A stretch of 64,000 nt of DNA from a virus. Below are positions 16,457 through 26,392 of this stretch, one piece after another (position 1 is the stretch's first letter; the number at the start of each line of letters is the position of its first letter). The translations under genes and the position numbers were made by a program. The notes beneath the pieces were generated by a model. That model ran no database searches. It saw only the letters and a program-made list of their open reading frames with translations, and had not been told where the DNA came from. The stretch spans positions 1 through 64,000 of IMG/VR virus record IMGVR_UViG_3300032291_001492; one strand, 5' to 3'.

Positions 16457-18532
16457 TTATTCTATATCTACTGCGGTACTGTATGTTGTAAAGCCGTTTT
16501 CTTTAATTACTTTTAGAACACTGGGTACACGACCTGCTAATTCTTCTCTATGGCTAACTAACCAAATAGATTTATGTCTTCTACGAGACATGTCTTTAAG
16601 AATCGCAATAGCATTTTCAACACCCATAGTGTCTAATCCGCTATCAATTAATTCATCAATAAACAATGTATTGATTGGGCTATATAAGTTTTCCCAAACA
16701 TCACGGAAAGCAAAACTCAAGCCTAAGATTAAACGATTACGTTCACCACGACTTAAATTATCAAAGTCAAGTTCACGACCCAATTCAGTAATTTCTACTT
16801 CTAGGTCATTTTTAAATACAACTTGATGAGGCAATCCAATACTATCTAAGTAATGAGTTAAACGTGCATTCAAGTATGACAAATTCTGGTCAATAATCTT
16901 TTTACGAACAAAACTATCTTTACTTGTTAGTACATCTAACAAGAATTTTTGATGTTCCATTGTTTTTGTTAGCTTGTTAATAGTATCAAAATCAGTAGAT
17001 TGTAAAGCATTCTTTTCCATCTCAACAACTTGTTCATTGTATGGGTCAGATTCAGCAGCCTTTGTTTCAATGTTATGTAACAAACCAGATACTTTACTGC
17101 GATGCTCAATTGCTTGTGCTTCGGTGTCATAATGTGTATTTGGCATAGTACCCACTTCAACTTCAGTCAATTCTATAAGTTGTTCTGCGTATGGGTCAAC
17201 TTCTTGTTCTTTTTCAAGAATTTTTGTACGAATATTTTCTGCTTCACTACCATGACGTATTGCTTCTGCTTCTGTTTTGTAATGTGTCTTTGGTTTTTTA
17301 TCTGCAACAATGATAACTTTATCTTTTTGTTCGTTCCATTGTTTAAGTAAAGACGTTACATGAACATTTGCTTCAATCAACATATGTTCTTTATCTTGTA
17401 ATACTTTGGTATGTTGTTCATCGTGAAAATCTTGTCCACAAGCATAACAAGTATGGTCACGTAGTGTAGCGACCTCTGTTTTAAGTTTTATGATTAACTT
17501 ATTTTCTTTGTCAATATCTTTTTGTAAACGTGCAAGTTCTTTATCACGTTCAGCCAACTCAACAGTTTTAATATTATATTCGGCTAAGGCTCTATGTGCT
17601 GATATTTCTTCAACAATGTCAATGTGTTGCATTTTAAATATAGCATGTTCTAAATCACCTATATCTTTTTCTTGTTTTTGTTTCCAAGCAACTTGTCTAG
17701 ATAATAATGCATTGTATGTGTCTTGTTGTTTTTTCTTTTGATTCCAAATTACTAATTCTTTGTGCGCTACTAATTCACTGTCAATGTCAATTTTTGAAAG
17801 TTCATCATATTGTGCCACTAATACAGCCAAATCACTTTCGTGTTTTTTACTCCATAGTACTTGTCTACGTTTTAAACTTTCAATTTGTTCTTTCACTCTT
17901 TTATTGGCTTCTTCTACTGCCTTAACTTTAAATTCTTCTTGTTGAATACTATCTTTGGTATTCTTCAACATTGTTTTAATAATTTCAGCTTTTTCAGATA
18001 ATAGTGTAATACCCAATAATTGTTCAATAATTTCACGTTGTTCATTTGCCTTTAATGACAAGAATGGTTCACTGTACGTATTCAATGCTACAATATGTCT
18101 AAACATACTACTAGACATATTCAGTACGCGGTCAATTGCTTGTTGAGTTTCTTTATTCTCACCCTGAGCATCATCTAAAGTTTTTTGTAAATCATTGTTC
18201 ACATAGAACCGTAGGATATTTGGTTTACGACCTCGTTCAATTTTATATTCAATGCCATGCACACTAAACTCAAGTGTGACCATCATGCCCTTTCCATTTG
18301 TACGATTAACTAAATTATCTTTTCTAATTGAGTTAATGGGTACACCAAACAATGCATAGCTAAGTCCTTGAATAAGACTAGTTTTACCCGTACCGTTACG
18401 TGCGCCGTCGCTACCTAAATCTAAGTTCTCACCTAGAATAAGTGTTAATTCTTTTTTGTCAAAGTCAACTGCCTGTGTTACTTGTCCAATAGATAGGAAA
18501 TTACGTAATGTAATATTTTTTAGTATAATCAT
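16457..18532 (-). CDS. gp46: Recombination endonuclease ATPase subunit (Rad50/SbcC-like, T4 gp46)
   Basis: RNFLSIG, Walker A NGTGKT, zinc hook CYACGQ, signature LSRGE, Walker B LFIDE..DSGLD, LVSH. Confidence 0.95.
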   Translation of the reverse strand: MIILKNITLRNFLSIGQVTQAVDFDKKELTLILGENLDLGSDGARNGTGKTSLIQGLSYALFGVPINSIRKDNLVNRTNGKGMMVTLEFSVHGIEYKIERGRKPNILRFYVNNDLQKTLDDAQGENKETQQAIDRVLNMSSSMFRHIVALNTYSEPFLSLKANEQREIIEQLLGITLLSEKAEIIKTMLKNTKDSIQQEEFKVKAVEEANKRVKEQIESLKRRQVLWSKKHESDLAVLVAQYDELSKIDIDSELVAHKELVIWNQKKKQQDTYNALLSRQVAWKQKQEKDIGDLEHAIFKMQHIDIVEEISAHRALAEYNIKTVELAERDKELARLQKDIDKENKLIIKLKTEVATLRDHTCYACGQDFHDEQHTKVLQDKEHMLIEANVHVTSLLKQWNEQKDKVIIVADKKPKTHYKTEAEAIRHGSEAENIRTKILEKEQEVDPYAEQLIELTEVEVGTMPNTHYDTEAQAIEHRSKVSGLLHNIETKAAESDPYNEQVVEMEKNALQSTDFDTINKLTKTMEHQKFLLDVLTSKDSFVRKKIIDQNLSYLNARLTHYLDSIGLPHQVVFKNDLEVEITELGRELDFDNLSRGERNRLILGLSFAFRDVWENLYSPINTLFIDELIDSGLDTMGVENAIAILKDMSRRRHKSIWLVSHREELAGRVPSVLKVIKENGFTTYSTAVDIE

Positions 18533-18535
18533 ATT

Positions 18536-19153
18536 TTAAAATTTAGAGAACCATTCAACTACTTGGTCATAGTTTGTAAAAACAGTACGTTTATAATCAG
18601 GTAGTTTTTCAGTACGATGTTCAATCGTTACATTATATAGGTTTAATGCAGGTATATCAAAAGGAAAGGACATGTCCTCATAATACAATGTGTAATTTTC
18701 GTAGGGTGTAGAATATTCATTCCATAAATAATCTTCATTTTCTTTTCTACGCATAAATTTAACAACATTCTTAAAATCTATTTCTATTTGCTGTTTGGTA
18801 AAATCATAAAATGATTCAACGTCTTGAGTTGGTCCGTCTTTTTCTATATTACGAAAATTATTACCAATATGATATATAGCCACTTCACTTAAAAATTGTT
18901 CACATTTATTTTTTCTAGTACATCTAAACACAAAGGGATTATTATATCTATCCAGTTCTTTTAATTTTTCAAACAGGTGTGTGTTTAATAGTAACTTGTG
19001 ATTAGGCAAATTATTCCAAGTATGTTGACCGTTTACTATTTCAGCTACTAAATTATCTACAAAACAGAAATCCCGATTTAATATATCAGCTAGGTATTTT
19101 GTCACACTAGTGCTACCTGAACGGGGCTCCCTAAACATCCATATATCTCTCAT
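18536..19153 (-). CDS. Putative sulfotransferase (Stf0-like P-loop fold)
   Basis: 5'-PSB-like PRSGSTS, 3'-PB-like R-KN..EQFLS, and LYYED motifs. Confidence 0.6.
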   Translation of the reverse strand: MRDIWMFREPRSGSTSVTKYLADILNRDFCFVDNLVAEIVNGQHTWNNLPNHKLLLNTHLFEKLKELDRYNNPFVFRCTRKNKCEQFLSEVAIYHIGNNFRNIEKDGPTQDVESFYDFTKQQIEIDFKNVVKFMRRKENEDYLWNEYSTPYENYTLYYEDMSFPFDIPALNLYNVTIEHRTEKLPDYKRTVFTNYDQVVEWFSKF

Positions 19154-19156
19154 AAT

Positions 19157-19378
19157 TTATTTTAATTTTCTAAAAAAACTGTCTTTGGCTAACGTTTCAG
19201 CCTTCAGTGTTCGTTCTAGTATACCTTCTAATTTGAGTTTAACACTGATTAAACTCTTTTGTTCTCTTAAGCTACCTAAATAAGAATGAGTATTAGTTAA
19301 CTCAGATAAAGCAATGCCCAAATATTTGTTTACTTTTATCAAAGATTCTAATTCTCTAACTTCTTTGGGTATCTTCAT
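19157..19378 (-). CDS. Hypothetical protein (73 aa)
   Basis: ATGA overlap with the gp47 stop; fills the operon gap. Confidence 0.65.
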   Translation of the reverse strand: MKIPKEVRELESLIKVNKYLGIALSELTNTHSYLGSLREQKSLISVKLKLEGILERTLKAETLAKDSFFRKLK

Positions 19379-20388
19379 AGATTGTTATAAATTTCTAATA
19401 GAATCTTTTTATCAAAGGTTGTGCTTTCAATGCTATTGATTTGATCAATAACAATCTGGTCAACAGATTCGAATTTAAGTCCGTCGTTCCCTTGTTGTTC
19501 TACTTGTTCAACTTTCATAGGTATCAATGTCATTTCACGCAATTTATGTTCTGGAATAAAAGTTTCACGTAAGAAGTTAGCTTCTTCATATGAAATATCA
19601 ATATCAAGATGTACTCTAACATGACTATCAATTAACAACAATCCTTCGGGATTTTCTAAGATATCACTAAGTTTATGTAATCTAAAAATAGGTTGTCTTG
19701 GCCATGAATGAAATACAGGATCTTGACCCCATTCTAATATCATCATGCCACGTGCATCATCACCGGCATCAGCATAGTTATGCGGGAACGCATTTCCGAT
19801 ATACCAAACATTCTTGCTTGCCTGACGTTTATGAAAGTGACCACTAAACACTTGATCAAATTGTTTCATATGATTAGTAGATATCTCCCCGTGATCGGGC
19901 ATCTCTACCATTGCATTCATATAGAAGTGTGGTAATTCAAAATGACCAAACAAATACTTGCCTGACATTTTTTGAACTTTTTTGTAATCATCACCTACTA
20001 ACCAAGGAGCAATACAAACATCACCTTCGTCAAAAAAATCGTTTATGATTCTAACATTGGGTAAATGTTTAGCCCACTCAACACTATGAATATCTCGGCG
20101 ATCACGATAATAAAGATCGTGATTACCTGGGATAAAATACACTTGATCAAACGCCGCACTTAATTTTTCTAATGCCTGCAGTCCAAACTGTAATGTATGA
20201 ATGTTAATACTTGCACGATGATGATTATAATCACCCAGAAAGAAACAGGTTTCGCAATTTTCTGATTTTGCTTTGGTAATAAACCAATCAACAAAATTAG
20301 CACAATCTTGATTGTGTACTAAACTGTTTGATTTTAAACCAAAATGAATGTCAGTAAAAACTGCGGCTTTTTTAAATAGGTTACTCAT
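19375..20388 (-). CDS. gp47: Recombination endonuclease nuclease subunit (Mre11/SbcD-like, T4 gp47)
   Basis: Metallophosphoesterase motifs DIHFG, LGD, GNHD, GHFE, SGHFH. Confidence 0.95.
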   Translation of the reverse strand: MSNLFKKAAVFTDIHFGLKSNSLVHNQDCANFVDWFITKAKSENCETCFFLGDYNHHRASINIHTLQFGLQALEKLSAAFDQVYFIPGNHDLYYRDRRDIHSVEWAKHLPNVRIINDFFDEGDVCIAPWLVGDDYKKVQKMSGKYLFGHFELPHFYMNAMVEMPDHGEISTNHMKQFDQVFSGHFHKRQASKNVWYIGNAFPHNYADAGDDARGMMILEWGQDPVFHSWPRQPIFRLHKLSDILENPEGLLLIDSHVRVHLDIDISYEEANFLRETFIPEHKLREMTLIPMKVEQVEQQGNDGLKFESVDQIVIDQINSIESTTFDKKILLEIYNNL

Positions 20389-20394
20389 GTGTTT

Positions 20395-20431
20395 ATTGTA
20401 TAGGGAGAGGGACTACTTTAGCAATCCCTCT
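20395..20431 (-). promoter_or_regulatory. Sigma70-like promoter (TTGCTA-N18-TACAAT) whose -35 lies inside an inverted repeat
   Basis: Minus strand agagggattgctaaagtagtccctctccctatacaat, ending 6 nt before the gp47 ATG. Confidence 0.45.
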
Positions 20432-20438
20432 GGTTAAA

Positions 20439-21350
20439 TTATTCTTCGTAAACCATTGCCCCGCCAGAGCCAGAACCTTGGCGTGACCAACTCGGATTGA
20501 GTCCGTTGATTTCTAAAATATCATCACGGATGTTTTGGTTGCGCTTTTCGGTATTAAGTACTCGGCAAAAACTATTAGTAATTGCGGCAGTGTAGTATGC
20601 AAATGGGTTAGCCGATTTTGCTTCATTGAAACGTAATCCAACATAGGTAAGTTGAAGAATGGCGCTGTTACGCATTTCATCATTGTAAGTATACCCACGC
20701 CAATTAAATTTCATCGCATATTTTTCACACATCATAATATACATACGGGCAAGTTTATTTGTAATTTGTCCATGATCTTTGCTAAATGAACCATTTTCTA
20801 GATCACCATTCCAATGACTTTTCCCTACACAATAGAATGTATTGTTACTATCAATTTTGTAATGTTGGAATGGTGGAAAATTAACTTTGACATGAACCAT
20901 ATCGTCAACTTCTGCTTTGGTTGTTACATCTTCTAGATCGGCAAAAATTTCATCGGGGTCAACTTCTTCAAATTCAAAAATATCTTTTGCTGTTTTCTTT
21001 TTAACTGTTTTGCGTGGTTGTTTTGGTGCAACCGGAATATGATCCCAAGTCATTATGCGAAACACTAAATCAGTAGTTGGTATACTTGTAGGGTCGGTTG
21101 TTCCCTTAGGTAACTCTAATTCTATATCTAATCTTAACGCTCTGGTTTCTCTTGCTTGCTGAATAGTTTCAGGTTTAAAAGCATATTCTAAACTATGTTC
21201 CATAGTATCTTGTGGCATATCAACAATGAAATCATATCTATGATATTCAGGCTTTGAAAAATAGCAGTAAGTTGTTTTGCTTTCGTGTATCTCTTTTAAG
21301 ATATCTTTGTTGTTTAAGTAATTTACAGGTTTTCTTGATGGTAAACTCAT
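20439..21350 (-). CDS. gp55: Late-transcription sigma factor, T4 gp55-like
   Basis: NYLNNKDIL, FNWRGYTYNDEM, FNEAKSANPFAYYT....NSF.R.L..EK. Confidence 0.88.
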   Translation of the reverse strand: MSLPSRKPVNYLNNKDILKEIHESKTTYCYFSKPEYHRYDFIVDMPQDTMEHSLEYAFKPETIQQARETRALRLDIELELPKGTTDPTSIPTTDLVFRIMTWDHIPVAPKQPRKTVKKKTAKDIFEFEEVDPDEIFADLEDVTTKAEVDDMVHVKVNFPPFQHYKIDSNNTFYCVGKSHWNGDLENGSFSKDHGQITNKLARMYIMMCEKYAMKFNWRGYTYNDEMRNSAILQLTYVGLRFNEAKSANPFAYYTAAITNSFCRVLNTEKRNQNIRDDILEINGLNPSWSRQGSGSGGAMVYEE

Positions 21351-21377
21351 GGGGTCCTTGTTGTTATCATACTGGTC

Positions 21378-21407
21378 ATTTTAACACTTTTGTATTAGAA
21401 AATGCAA
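21378..21407 (-). promoter_or_regulatory. Sigma70-like promoter for gp55 (TTGCAT-N18-TAAAAT, extended TG)
   Basis: Reverse complement ttgcat...tgttaaaat upstream of the gp55 start. Confidence 0.45.
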
Positions 21408-21442
21408 TAGATTTTGGATGAAGAGGGTAAATATAGCACTTT

Positions 21443-21458
21443 TATTTAGCGATAAATA
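21443..21458. promoter_or_regulatory. Back-to-back late promoters (CTAAATA - at 21443-21449; GATAAATA + at 21451-21458)
   Basis: tatttagcgataaata is a quasi-palindrome in the divergent gap. Confidence 0.55.
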
Positions 21459-21480
21459 TAAGCAAGGATAACAATATATT

Positions 21481-23322
21481 ATGCCAGCATGGACCCCCAG
21501 AGATTTAGCTAATCAAAGTTTTGTGGTATCGCAACTGTCACCAAAAGACAGAAGTTATGCATTAAACACTGTTACACGTGAGTTAGATAGTGCCCAACCA
21601 CGATTGGCTCAACAAGAAGCAGAACTGGCTGCGGCTGACGCGGCTTATAATAATAGACCTGACCGTCGAGTAATTAGAGAATTATTAGCTAAAGCACAAG
21701 ATCAAACATTGTCGCAAACAGAAAGAGATGCCTCTGCCGCAGAAGCCGCTAAATTACAAGATGAAAGAGAAAGACTTTCTGCGGCAGCAGACCAAGCGCT
21801 CCAAAAAGTTGAAAGAACAAGAGAATATGTTAATAACTTAACTGCTGGTCAAAGTAACCTATTGCAGGCAGGCGCAGTACCGCCCGGAGAAAATCTGTTT
21901 GCGGCACCTCCAGGGTATGAAGAAAGAAACGCACCGGCTGCCCAAGTACCTGATAGTCAAAATCCTAATCCAGTTCCAACGGCTGCAACTACGTTACCAG
22001 ATAATGCAGTCCCACCGGCAACAGGTGAAGCTACACAAGATCAAGCAAACGAAATCAATGCGGCATTAAGAGCAGAAGAACAACTTCAAGTTGAAACTGA
22101 ATTAGGTGCTACTGAAAACGAAGCTAATTTACTTATTAAAGCACAACGAGAAGCTGACCAATTAGAATATGAAACTCAATTAGGTGCTACCGAAGGCGAA
22201 GCTAATTTACTTATTAAAGCACAGCAAGAAGCTGACCAATTAGAATATGAAACTCAATTAGGTGCTACCGAAAGCGAGGCTAATTTACTTATTAAAGCAC
22301 AACGAGAAGCTGATGCAAATGAGTTTTCATTGGGTGCAACACAAGCAGAAGCTGATGTCATCAATGAACAAAAACAAGTTAGTGATTTTGAATCAGGATT
22401 AGGAGCTGCCGGTGCAACACAAGCAGAAGCCGATGCTATAAATAATGCATTGGCTAGCGCGGGTGGCGGAGCTAATAGAGGGTTATCAGGACCGTTAGCA
22501 AAGACTCGGGGTGCAGCTACAAACCAAGATGCAAGTAATTTTCAACAAAAACAAGATTGGCGAGTAAGACTAAGTTTAGCTCCTGGTTCAACATATCTAT
22601 ATAATAATAAAGGTAATGAAGGGATATTATTACCGTTAGCACAAACTGATGGAGTTATATTCCCGTACACACCTGCAGTTTCTGTTGCGTACAGTGCTTC
22701 ATATGATAATACAGAGTTGACACATAGTAATTATAAATTTTTCTCCTATAGAGCCAGTTCAGTAGACAGTATATCAATTACGTGTGATTTTACTGCACAG
22801 GATACTTTTGAAGCTAACTATTTGTTAGCAGTTATTCATTTCTTTAGATCAGTTACAAAAATGTTTTATGGACAAGATCAAAACCCCAAACCAGGAACAC
22901 CCCCTCCTTTGTGTTATTTAACCGGATTGGGTGCCTTTCAGTTTGATGCTCATCCATTAGCAATTACTGGTTTTACTTATAGTTTACCAACAGATGTTGA
23001 TTATATACGTGCAGGTGTGCCGACTACACAACCAGGTGTTAACAAAGGAGCCGCTATTCCTCCCACAGGATCATCTGGGGCAACTAATAGTAGATTACAA
23101 AGTTCTGGATTGCAACCAGGGGCACTAGCACCTCCGGTGTACTTTACGGAGAATGCAGGAACAAAAGAACCTACATATGTTCCGACTAAAATTCAAATGG
23201 CAATAACAGCAGTACCTATTGTAACAAGAAATGATATTAGTAACCAATTTAGTTTAAGAGAATATGGAACTGGTAAGTTATTAAGAGGAAGTAGAAATCG
23301 CAATGGCGGAGGAATTTGGTAA
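21481..23322 (+). CDS. Baseplate/tail-tube initiator-like protein (gp48/gp54-type C-terminal domain) with low-complexity N-terminal half
   Basis: DWRVRLSL, GVIFPYTP, THSNY, FTAQD..EA.YLLAVIHFFRSVTKMFYG, PPPLCYL.GLG..QF; first gene of the baseplate block. Confidence 0.65.
   Translation: MPAWTPRDLANQSFVVSQLSPKDRSYALNTVTRELDSAQPRLAQQEAELAAADAAYNNRPDRRVIRELLAKAQDQTLSQTERDASAAEAAKLQDERERLSAAADQALQKVERTREYVNNLTAGQSNLLQAGAVPPGENLFAAPPGYEERNAPAAQVPDSQNPNPVPTAATTLPDNAVPPATGEATQDQANEINAALRAEEQLQVETELGATENEANLLIKAQREADQLEYETQLGATEGEANLLIKAQQEADQLEYETQLGATESEANLLIKAQREADANEFSLGATQAEADVINEQKQVSDFESGLGAAGATQAEADAINNALASAGGGANRGLSGPLAKTRGAATNQDASNFQQKQDWRVRLSLAPGSTYLYNNKGNEGILLPLAQTDGVIFPYTPAVSVAYSASYDNTELTHSNYKFFSYRASSVDSISITCDFTAQDTFEANYLLAVIHFFRSVTKMFYGQDQNPKPGTPPPLCYLTGLGAFQFDAHPLAITGFTYSLPTDVDYIRAGVPTTQPGVNKGAAIPPTGSSGATNSRLQSSGLQPGALAPPVYFTENAGTKEPTYVPTKIQMAITAVPIVTRNDISNQFSLREYGTGKLLRGSRNRNGGGIW
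22093..22313 (+). repeat. About three 78-bp coding tandem repeats (ETQLGATExEANLLIKAQxEADQLEY)
   Basis: gaaact unit starts at 22093, 22171 and 22249; copies are near-identical. Confidence 0.92.
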
Positions 23323-23633
23323 TGGCAAGTAATAGTTTTTATCCGGCAACAAGCCCATATTATAACACGGATGTAGTTAATGATAAATTTTTAGATGTTA
23401 TGATAAACAGGTCTATACCTATGCAACCATCAGACATATATTGGGAAATAACACCAGTTTATGAGTATAGACCTGATTTGCTAGCATTTGACTTGTATGC
23501 AGACAGTAGATTATGGTGGGTGTTTGCAAGTAGAAATCCTAATAGATTAAAAGATCCTTATTTTGATTTTGTTACGGGTGTGGGTATATATTTGCCCAAA
23601 GCAGAATTGCTTAATCAATTACTGGGACTATAA
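23322..23633 (+). CDS. gp53: Baseplate wedge protein, gp53-like (LysM-like)
   Basis: YEYRPDLLAFDLY.DSRLWWVFA.RN; TAATG coupling with the upstream gene. Confidence 0.8.
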   Translation: MASNSFYPATSPYYNTDVVNDKFLDVMINRSIPMQPSDIYWEITPVYEYRPDLLAFDLYADSRLWWVFASRNPNRLKDPYFDFVTGVGIYLPKAELLNQLLGL

Positions 23634-26369
23634 ATGGCAACGGATCAAATATCTCAACAGAACAGAACCTATATTGCATCAGGCGGAATAGATGATGATT
23701 CCGGCACTGTGCAACGATTCGATGACGGATCTAGTATACAAACATTTGATGATGGTTCTACTATTGTTATTGATAATGAAGGTGCAATTAGTTCTACTCC
23801 TATACCACCTGAATATAGTAATGCAGGCACTACTCAAGCAGGAAAATCAGGTACACGATCAGCTAAAAATAAAAGACCTAAACCAGGCAAGAGACTTCAA
23901 AATCCTTTAGGTAATTTTAGTAGTTATACATATCAGATATCATTGTATATGATAACTCCTGAAGCATATAACACTTTTGTTCAATCAGGTAGAAAAAATA
24001 TATCAGCCTTTCAAGGAGTAGACAATACTAGTAAAGGTGCATTTTTAATCGCACAAAGCGGAGGTATTAATAACTCTACTACTAAACGTGCTCCTGAATT
24101 TGATTTAGATTTTTATATTGATGATTTAAAAATAAAAGCAGTAATTACCGGTAAAGAAACTTTAACAGCAACTAATATTGAAGAAATAAATTTCAATATA
24201 TATGAACCTTATGGATTTTCTTTTTTAACTAGATTACGAAGGGCATTGGATGCGTTAAATCAATCACCTCCTAGTAATGCAAATGCTGCCAATGGTGTAG
24301 ATGAAGAAGGTAGAAATGTTGGTATTGAAGTTCGTGCTGAAGATGGTACACTTTCTCAATCACGCCGAAATCCTGAAACAGGAGAACTTTATAATCCGGC
24401 AGTTGAATCAACTACTGGAACTCCTAATTCATCATCGGGAGGAAAAACTAGTCCACTATCAGCACAATCACAAAACCCCTCACGTCAATTTTTTATATTA
24501 GGAATACGTTTTCAAGGGTATGATAGAAATGGTAAATTAATTAGTACAAAAGACCAGTCAGGATATAATGCTGACCCTACGGGAAATGCAAATGGTGTAT
24601 ACGAAAGATTTTTTGATATTAAGATTCAAGAATTAAAATTTAAAATTGATGGTAGAATGGTTGTATATCAATGTACTGCGGTTGTTCCTAAAGTCAGTGA
24701 AGCAATGGGAACAAAACGAGGAATTATTGATAATGGTGTAACCATTGTAGGCGGAACAGTAAACGATGCATTTTTGGGGGAGACAGAAGGTAATATTGGA
24801 ATGTTTACTAAATTAAATAATGATCAAAAGAAATTAAAAACACAAGGATCAATTAATATACCTAATGAATTTACAGTTACATACTTAGGAAATACTGAAA
24901 TAACCGTTGGTGGTGCAAGTATTGTTAGTCCTGCCGATCTTGATAAGTTAAAATGGAAAATGACAAATGCAAAAACAACTACTGAAGTTAATGTAAAAAC
25001 AGAAGAAAAAAGTACAGTTGATAATACTAAAAGACAGATCACTATTAGACGCGGTGTTCCTATATTACAAGCAATACAACAAATAATTTCACAAAGTTCT
25101 TTTTTAGAAGCGGCATTAAACAAAGTTTATACTACTGTTGAAGAACCTGATACACAAGGCGAAGATGATGAAACTGTAAACTCTGATGAAAATACTATTT
25201 CTTGGTATAATGTAAGTCCTGAAATAACAATTTTAGGATGGGATGATTTAACAGGTGATTATGCATACAGAATTAATTATGTTATACAACCTTATTCTAC
25301 CCCAATAGTAAATAGCCCGTATGTAAAAAGGACTCCTAAATATTATGGTCCACATAAAAGATATGATTATTGGTTTACTGGAAAAAATAGTGAAGTATTA
25401 AAGTATGAACAAACATTTGATAATGCATATTTTACAGTTGCGATTGATCCGGGAAATAGCAAGCAAGCATCTGGCGGAGAACAACAAGTTCCTACCATAG
25501 CAAATAAACAACAAAATCAACCTAAACAAGGAGCATTGAATTTAGGCAGAGAAGCACAAAATTCATACATGACTAGTTTATTTGATCCAGGTGCATATGC
25601 TGAAGCCAAAATTTCAATATTAGGAGATCCTGATTTTTTAATGACCACTTCAGCAAGTAGTGTACAAGCTGTGTATGATCAATTCTATGGACCTGATGGG
25701 TATACTATTAACCCAAATGGGGGTCAAACATTTATTGAAATAAATTTTAAGGAACCACAAGATTATAATAATAAAGATGGTTTATTAAGCATTAATGAAT
25801 CTATATTATTTTATCCTTATCCTGATGAAGTTAGAAAAGATATTGATTCTCGCGGTGGTGGAATAAGTTATTTGGTAAAAACAGTCACTAGTAGTTTTAA
25901 GGGTGGTAAATTTGAGCAAGACCTTGAATTAGTAATTAATACGTTTGCTTCATTAACTAATACTCCTACAAATGAAGGAGCAAGACCCCAAGCTACAAAC
26001 AGCGTTGCAGCCGCAACCACTACTACTACTGCTGACCCTGCTAATATATCAGCCGCTGTCGCAACTAGAACAGGGGTTACATTAAATTCTACAGCCGGCG
26101 CCGGACGAGGTGGACGAGGAGGCCCAACAGCCGCAGAACTTGCTGCCTATCAAGTAAGCCAAGGAAAAGGCTTTCAACAATCACCACCTATAACTAATGC
26201 AACAGGTAATGTAACAGGTGGAGGAGCCGCATTTGGCAATCCAAATTTAGCAAGACAAGCTAATAAAGCTAGGAACAATCAAGCACAACAAGGTACTAAA
26301 ACAATACCTACAAAAACTGGACAAGTTCAAGATGATGACGGCGGAACTGGTACATATGTTGCGGCGTAA
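23634..26369 (+). CDS. Baseplate hub protein (gp27/gpD-like position)
   Basis: NPL..FSSYTY.ISLY, EPYG.SF, KRYDYWFTGKNSEV, ILGDPDFL, S.F.GGKFEQ.L; lies between gp53 and gp5. Confidence 0.65.
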   Translation: MATDQISQQNRTYIASGGIDDDSGTVQRFDDGSSIQTFDDGSTIVIDNEGAISSTPIPPEYSNAGTTQAGKSGTRSAKNKRPKPGKRLQNPLGNFSSYTYQISLYMITPEAYNTFVQSGRKNISAFQGVDNTSKGAFLIAQSGGINNSTTKRAPEFDLDFYIDDLKIKAVITGKETLTATNIEEINFNIYEPYGFSFLTRLRRALDALNQSPPSNANAANGVDEEGRNVGIEVRAEDGTLSQSRRNPETGELYNPAVESTTGTPNSSSGGKTSPLSAQSQNPSRQFFILGIRFQGYDRNGKLISTKDQSGYNADPTGNANGVYERFFDIKIQELKFKIDGRMVVYQCTAVVPKVSEAMGTKRGIIDNGVTIVGGTVNDAFLGETEGNIGMFTKLNNDQKKLKTQGSINIPNEFTVTYLGNTEITVGGASIVSPADLDKLKWKMTNAKTTTEVNVKTEEKSTVDNTKRQITIRRGVPILQAIQQIISQSSFLEAALNKVYTTVEEPDTQGEDDETVNSDENTISWYNVSPEITILGWDDLTGDYAYRINYVIQPYSTPIVNSPYVKRTPKYYGPHKRYDYWFTGKNSEVLKYEQTFDNAYFTVAIDPGNSKQASGGEQQVPTIANKQQNQPKQGALNLGREAQNSYMTSLFDPGAYAEAKISILGDPDFLMTTSASSVQAVYDQFYGPDGYTINPNGGQTFIEINFKEPQDYNNKDGLLSINESILFYPYPDEVRKDIDSRGGGISYLVKTVTSSFKGGKFEQDLELVINTFASLTNTPTNEGARPQATNSVAAATTTTTADPANISAAVATRTGVTLNSTAGAGRGGRGGPTAAELAAYQVSQGKGFQQSPPITNATGNVTGGGAAFGNPNLARQANKARNNQAQQGTKTIPTKTGQVQDDDGGTGTYVAA

Positions 26370-26392
26370 TAGATTTTAATTATTTTTAATAT

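Noticed and set aside
22093-22313. Regularly spaced repeats considered as a CRISPR array
   Set aside because: Whole 78-bp units repeat in frame inside a CDS with no unique spacers; no cas genes.
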